A DNA stretch of 57,415 bases from Macrostomum lignano. Taxonomy: Eukaryota. Position 1 is the first letter of the stretch; every line of letters starts with the position of its first letter. This document shows, one piece after another, positions 36,901 through 48,900 of the stretch. The notes beneath the pieces were generated by a model. That model did not search any database and was not told the DNA's origin. It saw nothing but the letters and a program-made list of their open reading frames with translations. The position numbers and the translations under genes were made by a program. The stretch is taken from the NCBI GenBank assembly GCA_002269645.1, contig NIVC01003190.1, positions 1-57,415 on the forward strand, written 5' to 3'.

Positions 36901-39900
36901 GGTATCTGAAATTAACAACATATTTGTTATAGCTAAAAAATTCCCCCAAGCCAGCAGATGGCGGCTGCTGACTTACCGCAGCACCAGCGGGTTGCCTAGA
37001 CGTTCAGTTTTCCACTCTCCCCAGTCGAATGAGAACAGCGCCCTCTCGAACTTCCAGTTTTCCAGACCGATTGAGAATTTGTAGTCGCATGGATCAACAT
37101 AGGCCCAGGCTTTGACGGAGATCTGCTTGATTTTGAAGTCCAAACTCATGCAGCACTCGATGCCCATGCAGTGCTCGTTGAGGTAGCACTTCAGCGGGTC
37201 CGGAATGAAGTCGGGCAGCGTAAGGCCGGGACAAACTGAAATTTTTGCACGGCAGTGGAATCAAAATTTAGAGAACGTAATTCAAAGAGCTTGCATTCAC
37301 CCTGCCAGTTTTTTTATGAACTATTCGACAATTGCATTGATAATATCTGATATGTAGGTATCTAGGTTCCTATGCGGTGCTGTACGATCGTAAAAGTTAA
37401 TCTTTTCTTATTTCAAGTTGGCTTACTCTGAGAGTTAAAATACCTAACTAGACTTCAGTCTAAGCATGTGGTTCTGCAAAATAGAGTCTTTGAAAAAGTC
37501 TAATACCCTTTGGGCTCTCCGGCGAGCAGTTGGAATGCGTGGCGATGATGCCTTCAAGCCGCAGGTGCCGCAGCACAGCTCCGATCGCGCTCTCTGTGAT
37601 GCTTCCGCCCAACTCCTTGACGAAGTCACCAATGGAGCCGCCTGGCAGGCTGATGGACGCATTGGGATTGCAGATCGGAATCGGGATGGCGAAGTTGTTG
37701 AGGAAGGCCACGGGTGTCAAAGTGTCACCCTCGATTTTAACCTGCAGCTCAAGGTCCACGAAGTAGAGTTTCTTGACCGGATCCCTATCGATCTTAAAAC
37801 TGCGGGGCAGAGAGACACATCAGTTTTTATGTCAGCTCCGAATGTGCTTCTGAAGAGAAAAAGGAAAAAATCCAACCTGACGAAAATGACCTTGCCAAGG
37901 TCGAAGGATTCTCTACGGCCCCAGTCGTATCGGAACAAAGACTTGCTCAGCGTCATCTTCTCAAAGCGAATCAGCAGCTTGTAGTCGCACGGGTCAACAG
38001 AAACGGCCAGGGCGAAGGCCTTCGGAGCGATGAGCAGGTTGAGCTCCGCGCAGCAGCTCAGCATGCGGCAGTCGGATGAGAGGTCGCAGTAAGTGCCCGG
38101 GACAAATCTGGATGGCGCGTTTCCCGACGTCTTGAACAGCGGGCAGTCTGGAATTTTGGTTTTATACTGACATGAATTTATTGAGTTCATGCATAAAAAA
38201 ATCAGTACGCTCGTAGTGATGTTCTCACGGTTAAAAAATCCAGTTCTATTCTCGCATTTCGACTCAAAGTCAATGAGGTCTCCAATCCCCAGGTGTCTGA
38301 GCACAGCCTGCACGGCTTCGTCCGTGATCTTCTGCACACCTGTCTCCGCTAGGTGCCTGATAAAGTCCTTCACCTGGCCGCCTCCTGGCAAGCTTATAGA
38401 AGCGTTCATGTTGCAGCCCACTTGCGGCACCATGGAGTTCTCAAGCAGCACAAAGTCGGTGCGGAATGAGTCGATGGTGAGGCTGAGCTTCAGGTCCACG
38501 AGGAACAAGCGCCGATCACTGTCCTTGCGAATTGAGTAGCTGCAATTGAAGGTTAATGTGCCAGGTTACTTACTTCTGAAGAAAATAGCTTATTTAAATT
38601 CGTGACGCGATTTCCGTTAATTATCGAATAATCTCAGTAGCCTTGATTTCACATTTCATTGGAATAGCATAGCAACACAGATATCCACTTCAGACAGCAT
38701 CTGATTTTCAGGGTCTTAGCTAGCGCTTTTAGTTTGGGGCGCCAGCACCAAAGGCGCCAGCACCAAAGGCGCCAGCACCAAAGGCGCCAGCACCAAAGGC
38801 GCCAGCACCAAAGGCGCCAGCACCAAAGGCGCCAGCACCAAAGGCGCCAGCACCAAAGGCGCCAGCACCAAAGGCGCCAGCACCAAAGGCGCCAGCACCA
38901 AAGGCGCCAGCACCAAAGGCGCCAGCACCAAAGGCGCCAGCACCAAAGGCGCCAGCACCAAAGGCGCCAGCACCAAAGGCGCCAGCACCAAAGGCGCCAG
39001 CACCAAAGGCGCCAGCACCAAAGGCGCCAGCACCAAAGGCGCCAGCACCAAAGGCGCCAGCACCAAAGGCGCCAGCACCAAAGGCGCCAGCACCAAAGGC
39101 GCCAGCACCAAAGGCGCCAGCACCAAAGGCGCCAGCACCAAAGGCGCCAGCACCAAAGGCGCCAGCACCAAAGGCGCCAGCACCAAAGGCGCCAGCACCA
39201 AAGGCGCCAGCACCAAAGGCGCCAGCACCAAAGGCGCCAGCACCAAAGGCGCCAGCACCAAAGGCGCCAGCACCAAAGGCGCCAGCACCAAAGGCGCCAG
39301 CACCAAAGGCGCCAGCACCAAAGGCGCCAGCACCAAAGGCGCCAGCACCAAAGGCGCCAACACCAAAGGCGCCAGCATCAAAGGCGCCAGCACCAAAGGC
39401 GCCAGCACCAAAGGCGCCAGCACCAAAGGCGTCAACGTTTGTCACCCGATTGTGGAGCTTGCATGCACTATCTTTTCAAATACAACAGCTTACATAATCT
39501 GCAGAGGCGAGCCAATATTGAAAGTCTCCACTTGGCCCCACTCATAATAGAACAGAGTCTGGTTGTAGTGCAGGTTATTGAAACCAATGGAGAACCGGTA
39601 CTCGCACGGATCCAGAATCAGCCACATCAGCGCTGTCGGTTTAAACACTTTAAAGTCCAGCTCGGCGCAGCAGGTGACGCCCATGCAGAACTCGTTCAGG
39701 TGGCAGCGGACCTGGCTGGGCAGGCGCGGCAGGTGGAACACCCTGGGGCAACCTGTGGAATCGAGTTTGAGGATAAAGTGCTTCTAGTGAACTTTCTATA
39801 GCTGGAAATGACATTCAATTTATTCTGAACAGAATTTAGCATCAATAGACATCTGACTCTTGTACGAGCGTAGTGACTTCTAAAAGTAAATTAACTTCTT

Positions 39901-42900
39901 ACTGTGTAGGTTAGCAGTGGAATAATGCGTGGTTGGTAATAGTGGTTAATGTGTCGGACTCACGACTCGGGGTTCGATTTCCGATCCTACTGGAACAATC
40001 TGTTTCCTTGAGCAAGACACTTAACTATGCATTGCTTCAGTTCACTCAGCTGTAAAATGGGTGCCAGCATTAGCTGGGGTAATTAAGAGTGTGTGACCCC
40101 CCAGTCATTGGACTGAACAGCCGTGCACAGCCTTCAGATGTGCCGCGCAATGACTGCGACTGAGCTGTCAGTTGCACATCTGCCCATTGGGGCAGGCGTA
40201 ATTAATTATGATTAAAGAAGCTTAATGATTTACTATGTCATGAGGTAAATGTCAGTTCACAGCGAAGACTCACGACTGTCCCAGCCATTATTGAATGTGT
40301 TTGACGGCAATGCGCACTCTGGAGGATTAAAGAAGGCCTTCTGCAGGCCGAACCTTCGCACCACCGCCTCAAAGGCTGTCTGCAGCGCCGCCTCCGAGGC
40401 CTCGTTGCCGAGCAGTTTGGCGAAGTCGCCAAGCGAGCCGCCTGGCAGAGCGCCGGTGAAGTTCCGATGGCAGAATGGCTGCGGCACCACCGTGTCCTTC
40501 AGCAGCTTGACTGTGAAGTCGCAATCTCCTTCAGTGAAGCACACGGACAGGTCGAAATCTAGCTTCACGTAGTCCTTGCCAACTCGATCCACGGAGTAGC
40601 TGAAAAACAAATTACGGTCAGACGTATTTTCGCTCTGAGAAAAAGACAATGTCAATTTTTACTTTTCAGCAAAGTAAAACTTGATTTACTGAATTAAATG
40701 ATAAACAAACCAACTGAAACTTGGTTCAATTAAAGCATCGAACTGAATTAGTTACTAAAGGAGAACACATTAAGGGGTTGTAGCCTGGTGGTTAGAGCGT
40801 CGAACTTACGAATTAAAAGTCAGGGGTTCGATTAAGAATCCCACTGGAACAATTTGTGTCCTTGAGCAAGACAACTCTGCATTGATTCAGTTCACTCAGC
40901 TGTAAAATGGGTACCGGCATTACCTGAGGTGGTAACTGAGGGTGTGTGTGGCGACCCCAAGTTCTTGGACCAAAAGAAAGGCATTACTTGCCCTCCCCTG
41001 AGCAGGGCGTGCGGATACGTACGAGCTACGCAGTCAAACGCACAGGCACACACTCACACGGGAGTTTACAGCAGCCCTAAATTTATTTATCGTTAAGCAT
41101 GCATAATTCACTGTGCCTTGGTGTTTGGCTCTCAAGGGCGTTAATTGCAGGATCAGACCCGAGCTGAGATTCCAATTTAGCCTTATTAGGTGGTAATTGA
41201 GGGTGTCTGTGGCGACCCCCAGTTCTTGGACCAAAAGCAGCTGTACGCAGCCTTTAGATGCGCCGCGCAATAGCTGCGGCTGAGCTGTCGGTTGCACATC
41301 TTCCCATTAGGGCAGGCGCAGTCAATTAATATTACTATTTACATCAAATCTCAATTTGACTCACTCCAATCGAACGGCCTTGTTGCCAATCCACTGGGAC
41401 TTTTTCTGGCCCCAATGAGCTTCCAACAGGGATGTGTTGAAGTGCAGCGCACCAATGCCAATCGAGCTGGTGTACTCGCACGTGTCCAGCAGAATCCAGG
41501 CCTTGGCGTGGTAGTTGAGAAAGCTGAGATCGAGTTTGCTAGTTTTGAAGGCAAAGTCCAGACAGCACTCGAGGCCCATGCAGTTGTCTGCAACTCGGCA
41601 CTGCAAATTGGACGGCAGCTGCGGCAGGCGCACGTGCGGACAGGCGGTGAAATTGCTCTGTCTGGCGCACCGGCCCTTGGAGATGATCCTGTTCAGTCCC
41701 GTCCTGGTGAGCAGGATCTCCGCCGCCTTATCCAGCGCCGCCTGGCTGGCCGAAGTTCCGAGCTCGCGGAGGAAATCCTCGAGCTTGTCGGTGTTGCCCG
41801 GCAGGATTCGGTGCCAGTCGTTGCCGCAGAAAGGCACCGGCACGGGCACGCGATTGAGCACACTGATGTAGTCCAGTAGGCATGAAGACGAACCCGGGCA
41901 GATCGCCAGCTCCAGGCTGAACAGCGGCGCCTCATTGCTGGTTGGATTCTCGTTAAATCGGTACCTGGGATTCGGAATGCGAGTTCAGAGCAATAGTATA
42001 TGAGTCGATGCAAGAACTCAATAACCTGCTAAACGAAGATGTAAGCTCGAATATTAACTCACTTAAGCTTCAGGGCTCCAACATTTTGTAGAAATTCCTT
42101 GCCGTATGGAATCGCAAACAGAACCTTGTTGAATGTCAGCGAGTTGAAACCGAAGCTGAATGTTAAAGTACACGCGTCCATTTTTGCCCAGCCTGTAATA
42201 TTCGTCGGTAATTAGTCAGAAGGGACTATTCTTTCAGAAATACTATTGAAAATTAGCACTCACCTTTCAAGTACTTTGCAATCTCAAAACCTCTGATGGA
42301 AGCCTCCAGTCCCATGCAGCACTCGAACTTGGTGCAGTTCGGGGACACCTGGCAAAAGACGCGACTTCTCAGTGCACCAGGAATTGCGGCAACTCCAGTT
42401 GCAGCGGCCCGTTGCGACACTTGCGGAAGTGCAGTTCCGCCAGTTGCACCAGCACCGTTTTATTGCTAGGGTCGGAAATCTGCACCCCACGCTCCGTCAG
42501 CCCCTCTAGCAGCACCTCGTTGGAGACCTTGTTCGGCAGGGTGCAGGCCTTGGCATTGAAGACGTCGGCAAAGTCCCCCAGACCCATCGTCTGCAGCAAC
42601 TCTTCCCACCACTTCTGCATCATGGCGTTGATGACCGACGTAGAAGTCTTTTGAAGCAGGGACTTCAGGTGGTTCTTGTTCAGCATCTGCTGCCAGTTCA
42701 TCTTCGGCCAGGTGACCAAGCCATCTTTGCAGATTGGCAGCGGCAGGACGAGCTCCTGGAGTACCTGGATGTCCACCTCGCAGCTCGAGCTGGATGAGCA
42801 CGCGGACAGGCGAAGGCTGAACATTAGGGCTTCCTCCGACTTGGCGAACTGGTACGACAGCCGCAGCTTCATTTTCAGCACTTTAAGGAACTGCAGAGCG

Positions 42901-45900
42901 TCTGGCAGCCAGATTTCTTTCTCTTCGAAATCTGAAGTAAGATTGGCGAAAATCTTTGTTTAGGAAAAGCTAATCATTGATAGAGTACTGCTAGTTATTT
43001 TTATGTATCGGGAAACTAACAAGGTTACCTTCAGGAAAAAATCTGTTGAAATCGATTGTGTACACTATGGTCTTCACGTGCTTCATCTTGAGCCCGAACT
43101 CCAGCTTCTTGCTGCTGCCGCACGGGTCCAGCCTGGCCCAGAGTTTTGCCGCTTTGCGGAACACCTTCACCTTGAGGTCAATGCAGCACTCCACCGAGAG
43201 GCAGCTCTTGTCGAACTGACAGTAAACTGGTCTCGGCAGCGACAGCTGCAGAAGCGGACAGCCTGTGATGTTATTAAAATGAGATGAAGTATGAGCTACC
43301 GTCTGTATTTCCTAAAATATTGAATTCTAGAGCAAGCTTTACTCACGGGAATCACTCTGCTTCATCCTATCGATAAGACTGGCCTTTGGCATGACTTCCA
43401 CCTCCGATTTGCCAAAGCCTTTCTTAACGAGCTCGTTACGCAGCTCTTCCTCAGACATCAGGTAGGGGCTCTGGCACGGCTGATCTTCCAGTACATCCTT
43501 GATCGTCAGCAGTAGTTTATCCATTTTCTCCCTGGTCTTTTCGAAATGATTTTGAATCGCCGGAGCCTCTAGAAAGGCAACGACGTAGGCGAGTCTCAGG
43601 CGGCGCAAGCTGAACCTATCAAAGATTTTGTCGACGCCCAGCTTTTTTGGAAAGTCGAGAATGCTGGTTACCGCTTTGCCCACGTTGCCGAGAATGGAGC
43701 TGCGCGGCAGGCGAACTGAGTCAGCTTCCACGTTGGAAAAGAGATCGACTTCGTCAGTTTCAAGCGGCTCCACGGATTCCTCGGTTGCTTCTCTTTCAGG
43801 GCTGGTGTCCTCATCCTTCCGGCCTTTTAATCCCACGATCGCCCCTTCGGCGATCACGTTACCAAGTATCACCAGCTTGTAGTCGTCGCATTTCTGCTCC
43901 CACTTTGGCATTTTCATCACTCGAGGCTCAAGGTACTTGCTGGAATCCAGGTAGCGACCAGGGCCAGCCCTGGCGGATAGGTGAATGTGGTTTTCGCACT
44001 TGGGTGTCGAGCCAGTCACGCCGAGCTTGTCCCCAGCGCTCAGCTCCAAGCCCTCAGTTGGCTGGCTGTTTCCTTGCTCCATATCGAAGACTGGCAAGTC
44101 GCTGGCTTCAAATCGACCGTCATCCATCTCGAACTTCACGTTCTCCAAGATAAAGTGAAACTTTTCCATGCTGAATCCTTTCGGAACAATCACGAGCTGG
44201 TTAGAACCCTCGGGACCTCGGTAGTACTCGCCTTTAAACGGCACAACGACCTTTTCGCCAGGTTCCACGGCCAGATCCACGCCAGGATGATTCCACAGTT
44301 TGTCAGCGTCTGATGGATAGAAGCCATCGGATTTGCAACCTTTCCCGGCGAGCCGGTAAGTCCTTTGAAACTCGGAGTGCGCCCTCGGACCCATGATGGC
44401 TTCCGCTATGCTCCTGATCCTCTTCCAGCTCTCCTTGGCTCCTTGGTAGGCCTCCTTGAAGCCGCGAATAATCTGCAGAATTCCTTGGATCTGGTTTTCA
44501 AGTGGGCCGAAGGCTCCACGGAAGCCGCTCAACGGTTCCATCAACAGGTCCTGGACATCCTTTAGGAGGCCCACTAGCTTCATTGTTTCCTGAATGAAAA
44601 ATTTTGTTTTTTAAACCAAATTCACTGACATGTATAGACCTCAGTAATTTATTCATTACTGAAAATGTAGACGATCAAATGAACGATGTGGGTACTGTCG
44701 GTCGTACCGGTAAATTACTTTGAAAACAAAGTTACCAACAGCAACAACAACACAATCAAAACACGCTGTTAGTTAGTTTTTAAAGACTCAGAAGCATCAC
44801 AGGCAGTGGAGCGAAAGGCTTGAGCTTTTTGTAGAAAAATAAAACGAACTTGAGGTTGCACTTAAATATACTGCATTTGACAAGCAGAAATTCTCAGAGT
44901 CATTCTTTGCTAATGCATTTAGCGACTGAATTTTCTGTGAGCTACAAGGCTCGGTACTAAACTATAAGATAGTCGTAGACATTTTAGCTGTAAACTTTTG
45001 ACTATGCCAACCGGAGCTTCTACTTTCCCCACTTCGCAACTGATAAGAATTCTGTTCTATATTAGGAATTCAGATTTTCTTGGAAAAGCAGCAAATTCTG
45101 CACCAGGCGCAGATCGCTGAAATAGCTATAAGCGAGGCAGATAACAAGCCTGGTCCAGGGCTTCTATAGCGGAAATTTGATCGTGAAAAGTGGCAGGTAA
45201 ACAGAAAACAGGTGTCTCACTGAGTCCGACATTGCGCTAAACGGTCTCGTGCCGTTCTGTTGCGAGCCCTCCAGCGCTAAGACGGCCCGACGGCCTCTCT
45301 CCATGTGGCGCAGGGCCTCGGCGAATTCCGCCTTCAAGTTGCGATAGTGATCGGTCAGGTTCCACCAGTAGGGCTTCTCCTCTGAAACAAGCATTGTGAA
45401 GTATTCGTTAAGAAATGTTTTTTATGTTTTAGGTGCGACTTCTATAGATATAGCAGAACAAATTGCTCACCTTTCAAAAAGAAACACGCCTCAAGAGTTC
45501 GATTTTTGGCGTCGAGAAACCCGTTCACCCCCATTCCGATTTGGAAGAACGACTTGAATGCGTTCATGATGGCCTCCTTCGGGGAGCGGAAAATCCTTGG
45601 GAATATTTTCACCAGCAGATCCAAACCCTCCTTAGTTTGCTTTGCAGACATCGGGATTTGGTTCTCGATCGCGTCGTGTAGGGTCTAATTATTGGAATTC
45701 GGATCAGAAGCTTATCACACTTTAAACTATACATTTGAAAGTCGAATAACTGATTTCACTCAAAGTGCTATAAACTCACGTAATAGAATCCTGTAACATC
45801 GGCTTTGATATCGTTAGCCAGAGTGGCCATCTTCTTCAGTACCGCGAACAGCGGCCTCACGTGAGACGGCAACTCAAGCGGGTCGACCTCGGCCAGGATA

Positions 45901-48900
45901 TCCACCGCTTGTACAATCGATTTGGCGAGATCTGACACCACGTATGGCAGCCTTCGAAACTCCTTGCGCAAGTTTTTAGTTATGCTAAACACCTGGTTGG
46001 GATTTGAAGGTTCAAAGAGCTTTCGAAATCCGTTAATTGCGTCCTTGACACCTTTGTAGAGCGCTCCAATCGTCCGGTCGTAAAGCTTCACCAAATCCTG
46101 CACGCTGTTGACTCCGAACTCCTTCAGAATGCTGATCTTGTACTCAACACCGCCTCGAAAGCAGACTCTGGCCAGAAAGAAGTCAATGTGAATGCCAATT
46201 ACGCCCAGATGTCCTCTAGCGAAAACCTCGTCGTGCACGTTTACCGTAAGCTGACCCTCGATCAAGGCTGCATTTTTAAGGGCGTGTTTGGAATAAGTAG
46301 CATCTGATTGTTTCTATTATATACAGTATATAAGAATCAGCAAGGGTCAGCGTACCCAGCTTCACAATGAGCTCATTCAAGGCGGTCATTCCGAACGAGC
46401 CGCCGATTTTAGTGCTGCCGATCATCTTTTGCCAGTTGACGCCTGGAGCCGCCAGCTTCACATGGATTCCCTTCCACATTTTCTCGAGCACGCCTTGCAC
46501 GCTGCGCTTGGAGATATTGTGCGACATCAGCAGAGTTCCGTTATCAATTCTACAACACGGAGCGCGAATATATAGCAAAATAAATTATTCTTGATTTAAA
46601 CAAATTACATATAGGGTTAAAGAACTCGTTTTGAACGCACCCTTCAACAAATTCGCGATGCATGGTGACAATATCCTTAGTTTTTGACGGATGAGCCTCG
46701 TACATCAGGCTGGCCTCGTATCGAACGTGCTCGTCAGAGTCAGTTAGTGCGGCAGTGAGGATTGTTGACGCTGCCTGAAAACAGGATGCAAAAAACAAAA
46801 ATAAAAGTCCCGCTTGAGGAGAGCAATCAGACTGTTTACTACAAAGACAAACCTCAATGGTCTCGAATTTGCGCATAGAATGCAGTCCAGAACGCTTCCA
46901 CAGAGTGGGTGCCGACGACTCGTTAGAGTAGGACTGGATGACCTCAAATGAACTCTCAAAAGCGGCATTTCCTAAACTGTCAATCAGCGAAGACTTCAAG
47001 AATATGAACCTTTCGAATGTTGCATCGTCCATGACGTCCCTCTTTGACCGGTGATGGTACGGATCTGAAAGCGAGGCTTTTAAATTGTCAATTTTGAAGC
47101 TCTTTATGAAAGCAATTTCTGATATTTTTACTCACCGAAGACTTCGGTCAACTTTTCCAGCTGGCTAACTATGCTCTGAGCCATGGCCTTCTGCTGCTGG
47201 TTGCCGTAGCTTTGCATCAGGCGACAGACGGTGCCGAGGGCAAGCACGCAGCGGTGGTAAGTGTCCGGGTCGTTGATATCGGGCTGACCCTCGGGATTGA
47301 ACACAAACGTGACCAGAGTATTCACCAGGGCCTAAAACCATTTTTAAACAGCATCATTTTTATCATGGCACCCGGATGTTGGTACTCTTTGAGTCATGAA
47401 CGACTTAAGTAGAAGGTAATAACAATATCTGGTAATAATAAATCACAACACGAAACTAAAAAACAAATGTAATTGTGAACTCTGCACTCTGCAATATTAT
47501 GCTCTTCCAATTTTTTCCTACGAACAATACTTGGCTCATGTGCAATTCGAAAATCCAGAAGGAGAAATATTGCGAAGTTTAATGCTAAAATTGAAAATTT
47601 TGCTTTTTGATAACGCATTTTGCAACACGAGTCACGAGTTCAAAGCCCTACTTAAGCGGACTACCGTATTCTACGATTTCGATACGGCATTCCAAATTCT
47701 TCAGCTCACGTTTGCTGGGGCGTTCTTTCTTGTAGCCAGAAACACGAGCACCCTCTGGACGAGCTCCGGATGTCTGCTCCTGGACTTGAGAACCAGTTTA
47801 TTGATGATCAAGTCAGATGCAACGGAGCCAACACTGCAGACTGCATCCAGCATGGCCAGGAACCTCTTCTTCTCCAGGTCCTTTGTGCTGAAATGTAGGT
47901 AGATCAAGCAGCAAGTTACATGTGTGCTCGCTGCGGTTGATCTCAAAAGCAACAGCAGGTATCCCAATAAAAGCGCGAGCTTACATATTGCCATACGGCC
48001 GGTCCAAGTACATGGAAGCAATTTCATTCAGCTCTCGCTGAGACAGTCCTTGCAATATTTGAACCAAGTTGTGGTAGCAGTCGATAGCGTCGGATTTGGC
48101 TAAAATTTAGTGGCGTAAGACAAAAATAAAGTCAAGCAAAAGCTTTTCAACTTGACAAATAATTTAGCTAAGCAAACTCACATTCCGCAGTGTCGGTGGC
48201 TATACAGGTGAGGTTGGAGTCGATGCCGCGCCGAACGTCTCGTAAATCGTAGTCGGACTGGAACACCTCATGCAGCTGAAACACGGATAGTGAGTTGGCA
48301 TGTACTGCGATGCTCAAAACGCTAACTGGCAACTCCATGAGCTCACCCTGGTCTGGTTAATATTCTCAGACGCCAGCTTTGCTGGTCTCTGTTTGATCGG
48401 TGAAGCGTCTCGAACTTCAGATAGCGTGAACTCCGATTTTGCCGTGGTGGTCACCCTGGACACACTTGTCGGATCTTCGTGCTCCCTGTCCATCACCACC
48501 CGTGGGCCCTTCCTGACCTTGACGCCCGAATCGAAGCTGAAATATTGAGATTAGAAAAACGTTCCTTATTTTAGAGTACCTGTTTACATGTATGAGGATG
48601 CTCATGAGGCAGATAGACGCTTCGCTGAACTCACCCTTCAGGTTGATCATTAAAGAAGTGGATCTCATCGTGTATGAAAGTTCTGTCAGGCAGACGTGTG
48701 ACGTGATTGTAGTGCATGGTCTGGAATAATTAGAGAATGACAGTAGCCTTTATAGCAGGAGGGCATTCGGGCCGACTGGAAGATCGTCCAGCCTCCAGTC
48801 GCACGCCAAAAATGGCGCCCAACTGCAATACGCTTCTCCAAAATGCAAAAGCGCATTTCCAATCTTGATGATGGAAAGAAGCTCCATTCTAGCCGCATCT

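Noticed and set aside
38716-39801. Long ORFs (GAGAF)n, (RRQHQ)n and (LVLAP)n; the first looks silk- or elastin-like
   Set aside because: They are by-products of a stop-free 15-bp array. Exons 22 and 23 splice around it in phase, and there is no credible start or splice context.
42392-42417. Micro-introns (26 nt here, 29 nt near 11684-11712, 12 nt near 23808-23819) as alternatives to the frameshifts
   Set aside because: They are far shorter than any other intron in the gene (the shortest is about 65 nt), mostly GC-rich, and would delete conserved Cys or FDP..FH motif residues.
7695-48548. Numerous plus-strand ORFs overlapping the giant gene's exons
   Set aside because: They are antisense shadows of GC-rich coding exons with no domain-like content; the only real plus-strand ORF in this span is the PLE RT-EN.
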